This document shows positions 1 through 7,048 of a DNA stretch of 11,654 nt, piece by piece. Origin of the DNA: a virus; the IMG/VR virus record IMGVR_UViG_3300031965_000543, positions 1 to 11,654 of that record. One strand, given 5' to 3'. Under the pieces are notes generated by a model. That model searched no databases. It was not told the DNA's origin and worked only from the letters and a program-made list of their open reading frames with translations. A program made the translations under genes and the position numbers. How positions within the stretch are numbered: the stretch's first letter is position 1; each line of letters opens with the position of its first letter.

Positions 1-121
1 AGAGCACCACCCAGAGACAGGAAGACTAAAGATATATGGTAATGATAGTCATGTAGCCGAAGGACTAATAAGAGCCGCACAAATAAGTAAAGAAAAAAGC
101 TTAAATATGTGGATACGCTAA
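1..121 (+). CDS. terL: Terminase large subunit, C-terminal fragment (redundant copy of 11530-11650 created by the terminal overlap)
   Basis: Identical nucleotides to the last ~40 codons of ORF 10418..11650 (...HHPETGRLKIYGNDSHVAEGLIRAAQISKEKSLNMWIR), with stop TAA at 119-121. Confidence 0.85.
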   Translation, partial: EHHPETGRLKIYGNDSHVAEGLIRAAQISKEKSLNMWIR

Positions 122-125
122 GATA
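1..125. repeat. Terminal direct repeat, copy 1 (exact duplicate of 11530-11654): circular-closure overlap or terminal redundancy
   Basis: Direct comparison of the window ends. agagcaccacccagagacaggaagac...aaatatgtggatacgctaagata is present at 1-125 and 11530-11654 with no mismatch seen. This implies a unit length of 11529 bp. Confidence 0.95.
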
Positions 126-129
126 AAAC

Positions 130-237
130 ATGGGAAAAGTTAAGATTAAGGAAAAGGAATATAATTTAACAGAATTTGAAGAAGCTTTAATACTTGAACT
201 TAGAGGTATTAAACTGGCACTAAAAAAGAATGGCTGA
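130..237 (+). CDS. Hypothetical small protein (35 aa), not in the supplied ORF track
   Basis: Hand translation from ATG 130: MGKVKIKEKEYNLTEFEEALILELRGIKLALKKNG, stop TGA 235-237. It fills the gap after the TerL stop. It overlaps the next start (ATG 230) in the aATGGCTGA arrangement typical of this genome. No clear SD. Confidence 0.35.
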   Translation: MGKVKIKEKEYNLTEFEEALILELRGIKLALKKNG

Positions 238-595
238 TACAGGAATATTTGCAACAACAGCAGAAGTAATGAGAAAAGCAGGTGATGGAGCTAGTACAAC
301 CTCTAATACAGAAGCTTATATTAATGACTTCATAACTCAGGCGGAATCTGAAATTAATGTAGCAACTAGGTTTAATTGGAGTGATGCATACTCTGGACTT
401 AATGCAGATGTAAAAGGAATTCTAAAACAAGCAGCTAGTAATTTAGCGGCTATTTATGTTATTCAATATGATATGAGTGGATTTACAAACAGAGCAGAAG
501 CAGAAAACATGGTCAATATTTTACGTGATGGTTATTTAAGAAACCTAGCAATCCTTAGAGATATAAAAGCACAGGACTTTATGAATGGCGCATGA
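230..595 (+). CDS. Putative head-tail connector/adaptor protein (gp6-like, by eye)
   Basis: 121-aa helical protein. The N-terminal pattern (ATTAEVMRKAG...EAYINDFITQAESEINVATR) resembles phage gp6/gp15-type head-tail connector families, and it sits just after TerL. Not verified by search. Confidence 0.45.
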   Translation: MADTGIFATTAEVMRKAGDGASTTSNTEAYINDFITQAESEINVATRFNWSDAYSGLNADVKGILKQAASNLAAIYVIQYDMSGFTNRAEAENMVNILRDGYLRNLAILRDIKAQDFMNGA

Positions 596-1040
596 CTTTA
601 AAAGATTCCCAGAATTAACAAATAGCCAATTAGATATTTATTATTTCGAAAGTCCTCACAAACAAATATTTGAAGATTTTAGGTGTGAAGTAATAAAGGT
701 TCATGATGGAGATACTATTACTGTTAGATGGTTTGAAAGAGACTTTGACTTTCCAATAAGATTATTAGGTATTGATGCCCCAGAATTAAGCGAAGAAAAA
801 GGAGCTGAAAGTAAGTACTGGTTAGAATCATTAATACTAAATAAAAAAGTAGATATAGAAATAGACCCAAAAAATAGAGTAGAAAAATACGGAAGATTAT
901 TAGGAAATATAATATTTAATGGTATAAACTTAGGTGAAGAAGAAGTAAACTTAGGTAAAGCAAAACCTTTCGCTCAAAGAACAGAAGGAAAAATACCAGA
1001 ATTAAATAAAGAGTTAAGGATATCACAATGGCTGACTTAA
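585..1040 (+). CDS. Staphylococcal nuclease (SNase/thermonuclease)-like nuclease
   Basis: Classic SNase motifs in the translation: HDGDTITV, IRLLGIDAPE (compare SNase RLLLVDTPE), KYGRLLGNI, and GEEEVNLGKAKP near the C-terminus. Confidence 0.85.
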   Translation: MAHDFKRFPELTNSQLDIYYFESPHKQIFEDFRCEVIKVHDGDTITVRWFERDFDFPIRLLGIDAPELSEEKGAESKYWLESLILNKKVDIEIDPKNRVEKYGRLLGNIIFNGINLGEEEVNLGKAKPFAQRTEGKIPELNKELRISQWLT

Positions 1041-1636
1041 TAAATAATCCAAGTAATGTAAATGCAAATTATAACTTTGAAGATATAGCCGCAGGTTTTG
1101 GAGAGATAACTTATTATTTGTTTTCGTGGGATGATGATGGAACTATTAAATATGGATTAACAAAAGATATCATTGATTCTGCAGATCCAGCAGAAAAACG
1201 AAGTTCTGCCGGAGATTTAGATTTTGATAGTCCAACTTTTAGACTTCCAAAAATATTACAGGGAACTGCTACATTTACTTTTATGGGAGCTAATCAAGAT
1301 CAAGGAGGTGGAGGGAACCCTTTTAAACCAATAATAAAAGTAATGCATTGGGATGGTACTACTGAAACTCAAATCGGCTCTGATATAAATGGAGGGGGAT
1401 TAGGAGCTAGTGGTACTGCTGTTAAAAAATGGACTTTAAGAGCAAATTTACCAAGAACTAAATTTAGAAAAGGAGATTTATTAAGAATTAATGTTTCATG
1501 GGTAACAGTAACCCCAGACGAAGCAGAACTAGGATTCAGCCCTACAGATCAAGATGGAGATTTTTTAACACCTAGCTCAAATGCAGATCATACAACAATA
1601 TTTAAAGCAATAATACCATTTAATATAGATATATAA
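1028..1636 (+). CDS. Hypothetical protein, probably beta-rich virion-associated
   Basis: 202-aa ORF translationally coupled on both sides (overlaps the nuclease stop; its stop is 1 nt before the portal start). Contains Gly-rich loops (QGGGGNP, NGGGLGASG). No family recognised. Confidence 0.6.
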   Translation: MADLINNPSNVNANYNFEDIAAGFGEITYYLFSWDDDGTIKYGLTKDIIDSADPAEKRSSAGDLDFDSPTFRLPKILQGTATFTFMGANQDQGGGGNPFKPIIKVMHWDGTTETQIGSDINGGGLGASGTAVKKWTLRANLPRTKFRKGDLLRINVSWVTVTPDEAELGFSPTDQDGDFLTPSSNADHTTIFKAIIPFNIDI

Positions 1637-1637
1637 A

Positions 1638-2735
1638 ATGCCAGAAACAAATATAGAAAACACCGTAGTAACTGATTTAACTAATGCCATTACTGATTTT
1701 TCAGTAGATCAAGAGACTACAGACGCTCCAGGATATGAAGAAGACTTTACATATCAAAATGAGAACTGGTCTAAACAACTAGGATATTATAAAAAAATAC
1801 CAGAGTTAAGAGCGTCTATAGACGCTATAGCAAATTGGACTGTGGGTAATGGTTACGAAGCAGATGAAATAACAACTTTAATTCTAGATAGAGTAAAGGG
1901 TAATGGTAAAGATATATTCAATACAATTTTAGAAAATCAAAGAAGGGTAGCAGAGATAGCAGGAGATAGTTTTGCAGAAATAATAACTAATGATGAAAAT
2001 ATTTTAATTAATCTAAAACCACTAGACCCAAGTACAATTAGAGTGCATTTCAATAGTAAAGGACAAATAAAAAAATATGTTCAAACTACTAAAGTAAAAG
2101 GAAAAAGCAAAGAGCATACATTCAAAGTAGGGGAAATATTTCACTTATCAAGAAATAGAACTGCGGACGAGGCTCATGGTATTAGTGTTGTTGATTCTGT
2201 AGAAGAAATAATATTAATGCGTAATGAAGCTATGACCGATTGGAAAAAAGTACTACATAGAAATGTAGTCCCATTAAGAATTATAGAGATAGATTCAGAT
2301 GATAATACAAAGATAGCGAGTATGAAAGCTGATTATCAGGAAGCAATTAGTAAAGGAGAAGTACTAATAATACCAAAGGGTAATGTAGAGATTAAAGATG
2401 GGGGTATAGCTCCTAACGCAACACTAAATCCTTTACCATGGATAGAACAACTAAATTCATATTATTATCAGGCAGTAGGAGTACCAGACATCATAGTTGG
2501 AGGTAGTAGGGCGTTAACAGAGGCTAGCGCAAAGATAGCATTATTAGCTTACGAAAGAACTATTAGAGCCAATCAATTAGATGTAGAGGAGCAAGTATTA
2601 TCTCAACTAAACTTAGAGATTAAATTACAATTCCCAGTGTCATTAATGAACGAATTATTATCAAGTGTACAACCACAAAAAGAACAGGCAGTAGAATCAA
2701 ATGATTTAACAACGGAGGTAGAAGGTAGAAAATGA
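1638..2735 (+). CDS. Portal protein
   Basis: 365-aa ORF in the head module. Portal-like blocks seen by eye: ELRASIDAIANWTVGNGY, GDSFAEII...LKPLDPSTIRV, IFHLSRNRTADEAHGISVVDSV, acidic C-terminal tail. Not search-verified. Confidence 0.7.
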   Translation: MPETNIENTVVTDLTNAITDFSVDQETTDAPGYEEDFTYQNENWSKQLGYYKKIPELRASIDAIANWTVGNGYEADEITTLILDRVKGNGKDIFNTILENQRRVAEIAGDSFAEIITNDENILINLKPLDPSTIRVHFNSKGQIKKYVQTTKVKGKSKEHTFKVGEIFHLSRNRTADEAHGISVVDSVEEIILMRNEAMTDWKKVLHRNVVPLRIIEIDSDDNTKIASMKADYQEAISKGEVLIIPKGNVEIKDGGIAPNATLNPLPWIEQLNSYYYQAVGVPDIIVGGSRALTEASAKIALLAYERTIRANQLDVEEQVLSQLNLEIKLQFPVSLMNELLSSVQPQKEQAVESNDLTTEVEGRK

Positions 2736-2941
2736 CAAAAGAAACTGAAAAAGAAAAACGAGAACTAAACAAACCAATCATAGAAACCATAATAAATACT
2801 ACAGCGTTGACTATGACAGGGTTTGCAGTACAGCAAATAATTACGAATAATCAAAATATTGTTTATGCATATCTAGCTTTGTTTATTGGTATGGGCTTAG
2901 AATTTATTAAATATTGGGGTAGAAAACGAGAGTTTTGGTAA
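2732..2941 (+). CDS. Small membrane protein (1-2 predicted TM helices)
   Basis: 69 aa. Charged N-terminus, then hydrophobic stretches ALTMTGFAVQQII and IVYAYLALFIGMGLEFI. ATGA overlap with the portal stop. Confidence 0.6.
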   Translation: MTKETEKEKRELNKPIIETIINTTALTMTGFAVQQIITNNQNIVYAYLALFIGMGLEFIKYWGRKREFW

Positions 2942-2945
2942 ATGA

Positions 2946-4352
2946 ATGGCAAAGATAGGTAGATCAGAATTTTTAAAGAGAAGACAGCAGCAGATAGATA
3001 GCGGTATAATAAATCCATCAACTAATGCTCCATCTTATGCTCCACCTTCTAATCCTCTAATACCAGGCTCTCAAATAGAAGATCAATTAGGAGGAAATAT
3101 ACCTGGAGTTGAGCCTAATTTCGGAGCTAATGTACCTTTTAATAATCAATCTAGGGCATCTCCAGAAGATTTACTACAGCAAAGTCTATTACCTCAACAG
3201 TCTACACCCCCACCTAATAATTTTACTCCCTTATCCAATAATGTTAACCTTTCAGTAGAACAATCAAGAGCAAGCCAATTTCAAAACAATTTACCTTTTG
3301 AAGAAAGATTACTTAATTTAGGTAACGAAGCAGCGCAGGGATTAGGTTTACCAGACCCAAACCAAAATAATCCTAATGCAGTATTTGATGAGTATGGTAA
3401 CGTAATAGGATTTAAAGATACAGGACAGGGTATACCGCCAGGTTTAGCTTTAGGAGGGGTAGGTTTAGCAGAAGGAGCTTTAGCAGCCTCAGCGAGACAA
3501 GCTCAATTAGTTTTTGCAAAGGTAGAAGCACAGTTCATAGATGATTTTACTAGATTATTTAATCAAAAATTATTACCAGCTCCATCTGGTGGGAGAATAT
3601 TTATAGGGAGTAAATTTAAAGTTCCTGAAATTAAAGAAATATATAAAATAAAACCAGAAGTTTTTACGCCAAGTAGTGGAAATGTAGAACAAAATACAAA
3701 GACGGCTAGAATAGTAAATAACTATATATATAACGAATATACAAAAAGTGGAAGACCCATAAGTAAATTTGGGAAATTTATAATAGCAGGGATAGGATTT
3801 AATGGTTTAGGAGAATGGGCTAGATTAGATAATGTTGGGACTGGAGTAGAAATTACTTATAATAAAGTATTACAGAGAGGATCTGTAGAAGAAATAGAAG
3901 CAGCTAAAAAAGTAAGAGATGATATTTATAATGAGCCTTTATGGAGTGCTATTGGAAGATTCTTACCTTTTGTAGGGGGAGTTACTGGATTTATACAGGG
4001 ATATAAAGCACTTAAATTTCAAATAAGTGTTAATGATATGATAACAGAAGATATTATTAATGGAATTCCTTTAACAGAAGAAACCACAGCTAAAAAAGAA
4101 TCTGATTTATTTAAAGAAGATACATTATGGTTTCATGAAGAACAAGAAAAAGCAAGAGAAAGGGAAAGACAAGCAGAAATTGAAGGTAGAAATGAAGACG
4201 CAGCTTTCTGGAGAAAAGAAAGACAAAAGAAAATTGAAGATGAAAGAAGGGCAAGAATTGAATCTGCAGAGTTTTGGCTAGCATACAGAAAGAAAGTAGC
4301 TGAGATGGAATCAGATAATTCACCTAGTAAATTAGCTTTCGGATTATTATAA
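2946..4352 (+). CDS. Large hypothetical virion/ejection-type protein: Q/N/P-rich disordered N-terminus, Gly-rich hydrophobic segments, charged coiled-coil C-terminus
   Basis: 468-aa ORF. About 170 aa are rich in P/Q/N/S. Hydrophobic Gly-rich segments: GLALGGVGLAEGALAASA, FIIAGIGFNGLG, FLPFVGGVTGFIQG. C-terminal EEQEKARERERQAEIEGRNEDAAFWRKERQKKIEDERRARIESAEFW. Confidence 0.7.
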   Translation: MAKIGRSEFLKRRQQQIDSGIINPSTNAPSYAPPSNPLIPGSQIEDQLGGNIPGVEPNFGANVPFNNQSRASPEDLLQQSLLPQQSTPPPNNFTPLSNNVNLSVEQSRASQFQNNLPFEERLLNLGNEAAQGLGLPDPNQNNPNAVFDEYGNVIGFKDTGQGIPPGLALGGVGLAEGALAASARQAQLVFAKVEAQFIDDFTRLFNQKLLPAPSGGRIFIGSKFKVPEIKEIYKIKPEVFTPSSGNVEQNTKTARIVNNYIYNEYTKSGRPISKFGKFIIAGIGFNGLGEWARLDNVGTGVEITYNKVLQRGSVEEIEAAKKVRDDIYNEPLWSAIGRFLPFVGGVTGFIQGYKALKFQISVNDMITEDIINGIPLTEETTAKKESDLFKEDTLWFHEEQEKARERERQAEIEGRNEDAAFWRKERQKKIEDERRARIESAEFWLAYRKKVAEMESDNSPSKLAFGLL

Positions 4353-4361
4353 GGTTTTGAT

Positions 4362-4382
4362 GAAACTTTTCCTAAAAGTTTC
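4362..4382. promoter_or_regulatory. Palindrome family copy P1: GAAACTTTT-CCT-AAAAGTTTC (perfect 9-bp arms, centre inverted relative to other copies)
   Basis: Read directly. Lies between the stop of 2946..4352 and the SD/start of 4395..4643. Confidence 0.8.
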
Positions 4383-4394
4383 GGAGGTATTGAA

Positions 4395-4643
4395 ATGGAA
4401 GAAGATGTTAAACAACAAAAAGAAGTTATATCAGGTTCTCAGAACATGATTGATCAGGCAAGAGAGCAAGCTAATAGAATAGAAGCAGCTAATAAACGTC
4501 AAGAAGAACTAATTAAGAGACAAGAAGAAATATTAATAAGAGCTCAATTTGGTGGTAGGGCAGAGGCTGGAAGTAAAGACGAAACTCCTAAAGAAGAAAC
4601 CCCAGCAGAGTATAAAGAAAAAGTTATGAAGGGGGAACTATGA
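4395..4643 (+). CDS. Coiled-coil protein, scaffolding-protein candidate
   Basis: 82 aa, strongly charged and helical (QAREQANRIEAANKRQEELIKRQEEILIRAQ). GGAGG SD upstream (4383-4387). Position upstream of the decoration and capsid genes. Confidence 0.5.
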   Translation: MEEDVKQQKEVISGSQNMIDQAREQANRIEAANKRQEELIKRQEEILIRAQFGGRAEAGSKDETPKEETPAEYKEKVMKGEL

Positions 4644-4828
4644 GTAGAGAAGTTAAAATTAATAAGGAGCTAGTAGCAAAGATTGGTACAGAAGAAGAGA
4701 AAGCATGGTCAGATATTAAGAAAGACGCAACAGAAAAGAACAAAGAGTTAACTAGAGTTATACAAATCAATGAGCAAATAATTAAATATGCAGATACTAA
4801 AATTAAAGAAGAAAAAGGAAAAGTTTAA
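4640..4828 (+). CDS. Small coiled-coil hypothetical protein
   Basis: 62 aa, K/E-rich helical. ATGA overlap with the preceding ORF. Confidence 0.5.
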   Translation: MSREVKINKELVAKIGTEEEKAWSDIKKDATEKNKELTRVIQINEQIIKYADTKIKEEKGKV

Positions 4829-4852
4829 ATACATATTAAATAAGGAGAGGCT

Positions 4853-5266
4853 ATGGCATTAGAAGCAACATTAGTTTTTGAAACCGGTTTACCAATTCCT
4901 ATGCAATGTGCAAACGGTACAGGAATAGAGAAAGGGGCTATATTAAAATTATCTGATCCTTTTACTGTAGCAACAGCAGACGGAGATACTGACGCTGTTG
5001 GAGGTATAGCAGCAGAGGAGAAGATAGCTAATGATGGTAAGACTACTATAGCAGTATATAGAGAAGGAATCTTTAAAGGTTTTGCAGGTGCTGCTGGAGT
5101 TATAGTTGGTATGGGTATTATTACTGATGTAAGTACAGGGGCAGCTAATGAATTAGTCGTAGCAGATGTTAACTCAGAACATTTAGTAGGGATTGCTTTA
5201 GAAACAGCAACAGATACAGAATCATTTTTATTTGAATTAAAACCTTTAGGGTTACAACTAGCATAA
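4853..5266 (+). CDS. DUF2190-like head decoration / capsid cement protein candidate
   Basis: 137 aa, Gly/Ala/Val-rich beta pattern (GAILKLSD...AVGGIAAEE...TIAVYREGIF...GIALETA) resembling the DUF2190 family. That family typically sits directly upstream of HK97-type MCP genes. Strong SD AAGGAGAG upstream. Confidence 0.55.
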   Translation: MALEATLVFETGLPIPMQCANGTGIEKGAILKLSDPFTVATADGDTDAVGGIAAEEKIANDGKTTIAVYREGIFKGFAGAAGVIVGMGIITDVSTGAANELVVADVNSEHLVGIALETATDTESFLFELKPLGLQLA

Positions 5267-5284
5267 GCTTTTAGGAAAAGATTA
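5264..5284. promoter_or_regulatory. Palindrome family copy P2: TAAGCTTTT-AGG-AAAAGATTA (8/9 arm pairs)
   Basis: Read directly. Its first TAA is the stop codon of 4853..5266, and it ends 8 nt before the MCP start. Confidence 0.75.
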
Positions 5285-5291
5285 ATAGAAG

Positions 5292-6191
5292 ATGGCAGAT
5301 ACAAGCGGACAAGCAGACATTAGAGGATTAGACGTAGATAAATTAGCAAAGGGATTTGCTGAAGAAGATTTAGTATTAAAGAATTTTTGTAATGTATCAT
5401 CTACATCTGCAAGGGAAATCAGATGGTATCAGAAGACAGCAGGATTTATAACAGGAACTACAACTTCGGGAATGACCTCAGAGTTAATAGCTTTAGGTGC
5501 TAATAAAGCTATAGCTAGTGTAGCTGAGCAATCATGGACTAGAAATACAAGTTATGTAAGACAATATTTTGTAGAGTCTCCAACTATTTCAAATGCAGAT
5601 ATCAAAGATACAGATATAGATATCTTAGCTGCTAATATAAGAGATTTAACAAGATCAGTAAATAATCAAGTTGATAAAAGAATTTATGATGTTATAACTG
5701 ATAATGTTTCTGGAACTCCTTTTGATGGGAGCACAGTTACTTCTAACGCTGCAACTGCAGACGGATGGGATGACACAGTTACAGGAGATCCTATTAAAGA
5801 TTTGATGTTAGCTAAAACAACAATAAGATTACAAAGTTATAATCCAGAAGGAGCAATATTATATATTCATCCTACAGAACATTCTAATTTATTACAATAT
5901 TTAATAAGTGTTAAAGGAAGTAGTATCCCTCAATTTTCTAGTCAAAAAGTAATGAGTGGAGTGGTTATGGAAATTCTAGGATTAAATGTAGCTGTGAGTG
6001 CTAACGCAACTACTGATTATGCTGTTGTATTTGTACCGAAAGTAGCGTGTACATGGAAACAATTTACTCCTATAACTGCAGTATCTATTAATGATCCAGG
6101 CATAGGAACTAAGATAAGAGTATGGGAAGAGGGAGAAGCAATCTTAACAGATCCTAATGCGGTCTGCGGAATAACTGATACGGTGGTATAA
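5292..6191 (+). CDS. Major capsid protein (HK97-fold candidate)
   Basis: 299-aa ORF in the canonical position after the scaffold-like and decoration-like genes. Size and sequence texture (ISNADIKDTDIDILAANIRDLTRSVNNQVDKRIY; C-terminal ILTDPNAVCGI) are consistent with phage capsid family proteins. Not search-verified. Confidence 0.7.
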   Translation: MADTSGQADIRGLDVDKLAKGFAEEDLVLKNFCNVSSTSAREIRWYQKTAGFITGTTTSGMTSELIALGANKAIASVAEQSWTRNTSYVRQYFVESPTISNADIKDTDIDILAANIRDLTRSVNNQVDKRIYDVITDNVSGTPFDGSTVTSNAATADGWDDTVTGDPIKDLMLAKTTIRLQSYNPEGAILYIHPTEHSNLLQYLISVKGSSIPQFSSQKVMSGVVMEILGLNVAVSANATTDYAVVFVPKVACTWKQFTPITAVSINDPGIGTKIRVWEEGEAILTDPNAVCGITDTVV

Positions 6192-6193
6192 AT

Positions 6194-6361
6194 ATGACAT
6201 TACAAACTTGTTATAAAAGGTTAGAAATTGCAAAAGCTTCAAATAATCAGAAACAGGTTAAATTATGGGAAGAAAGAATTAAAAGAAAAGAATCCAAATA
6301 TAAAGAAACTGAAATTTATGATGTTCCTAAAAACTCCAATGGTAAGAAATCAAAGAGATGA
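6194..6361 (+). CDS. Hypothetical small protein (55 aa), not in the supplied ORF track
   Basis: Hand translation from ATG 6194 (2 nt after the MCP stop): MTLQTCYKRLEIAKASNNQKQVKLWEERIKRKESKYKETEIYDVPKNSNGKKSKR, stop TGA 6359-6361. It competes with the TTG-started 5' part of track ORF 6228..6509, which is in another frame. Confidence 0.35.
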   Translation: MTLQTCYKRLEIAKASNNQKQVKLWEERIKRKESKYKETEIYDVPKNSNGKKSKR

Positions 6362-6509
6362 AGGAAAAGGTAGTTATACAGTAACAAATCATTCTGTAGA
6401 CAGAGCTTTAGATTGTAATGGAGATGATGATTTAGCAACTGCGGATGTTCTAGGATCATTAATTGCAGATCTAATTGAAGCTGGAATTATTAAAGGTAGT
6501 GTAAGTTAA
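6318..6509 (+). CDS. Hypothetical protein (start uncertain: ATG 6318, 6321 or 6339; the track calls TTG 6228)
   Basis: The C-terminal part (SYTVTNHSVDRALDCNGDDDLATADVLGSLIADLIEAGIIKGSVS) looks protein-like. The 5' extension to TTG 6228 is K-rich, overlaps the ATG-started ORF 6194..6361, and lacks an RBS. Confidence 0.4.
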   Translation: MMFLKTPMVRNQRDEGKGSYTVTNHSVDRALDCNGDDDLATADVLGSLIADLIEAGIIKGSVS

Positions 6510-6539
6510 TTATTTAAATAAGTAAATTAAATTAATTCT

Positions 6540-6692
6540 ATGGCAAATACATACAATCAAAAAGAACTTAAAACTAAATGGCCTATCACCTCAGGACTAA
6601 TTGCTGGGAGTACTAAACAAAAAGGAAGAAGATCTACTCTCGTACCAGAACGTGGTAGTTTAGTTCCTAGTAGAAAGAAGATAGGTGTATAA
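6540..6692 (+). CDS. Hypothetical small basic protein (50 aa), not in the supplied ORF track
   Basis: Hand translation from ATG 6540: MANTYNQKELKTKWPITSGLIAGSTKQKGRRSTLVPERGSLVPSRKKIGV, stop TAA 6690-6692, 1 nt before ATG 6694. It fills an otherwise empty gap. No obvious SD. Confidence 0.3.
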   Translation: MANTYNQKELKTKWPITSGLIAGSTKQKGRRSTLVPERGSLVPSRKKIGV

Positions 6693-6693
6693 T

Positions 6694-7047
6694 ATGGCTT
6701 ACAACAAAACAAGTCATATTCTAAATAGATTAACAGGTAGAAATAAAGCCGTTAAACCTAAATTTGAAACAGAAACTAGAACACCTATAGGAACAGACTT
6801 ATATCTACCTAATAACTCAGGAGTTAAGAGATCTCTTCAAGAGAAAGATCTAAGTTTTAATTGTCTGGAATTAACTGGAAGTGGAGGCTCTGAAATTAAT
6901 AGCGATATAAATTTCAATGGAGATATTAAAGTAAATGATACTACAGCAGTATCTGGTTATTTCGATGATGGAGTTAACTTTAGAATAACAGTTGTCAAGG
7001 GCATTATAACAGCCATAGAGGATAGTTCTGGGGCGGGTCATTCTTAA
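6694..7047 (+). CDS. Hypothetical protein, possible tail/fibre component
   Basis: The track ORF starts at GTG 6685, but ATG 6694 (MAYNKTSH...) directly follows the upstream stop and matches the MA- start seen in many genes here. Its stop is 1 nt before the next gene. Function guessed from its position in front of the lectin-like protein. Confidence 0.6.
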   Translation: MAYNKTSHILNRLTGRNKAVKPKFETETRTPIGTDLYLPNNSGVKRSLQEKDLSFNCLELTGSGGSEINSDINFNGDIKVNDTTAVSGYFDDGVNFRITVVKGIITAIEDSSGAGHS

Positions 7048-7048
7048 T

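Noticed and set aside
4111-4323. 70-aa ORF on the minus strand
   Set aside because: It lies entirely antisense to the E/K/R-rich coiled-coil part of 2946..4352. Its L/F-rich sequence is the expected shadow of GAA/AAG/AGA codons. It has no RBS, and every other gene is on the + strand.
4825-5304. 159-aa ORF on the minus strand
   Set aside because: It is antisense to the DUF2190-like gene 4853..5266, which has a strong SD and a family-like sequence. The minus-strand product is A/S/P/T-rich low complexity, typical of a shadow ORF over a Gly/Ala-rich gene.
6194-6509. Programmed frameshift joining ORF 6194..6361 to the 6228..6509 frame
   Set aside because: The fusion would need a +1 shift. No recognisable slippery heptamer or stimulatory structure lies near 6330-6361, so independent initiation at ATG 6318-6339 is simpler.
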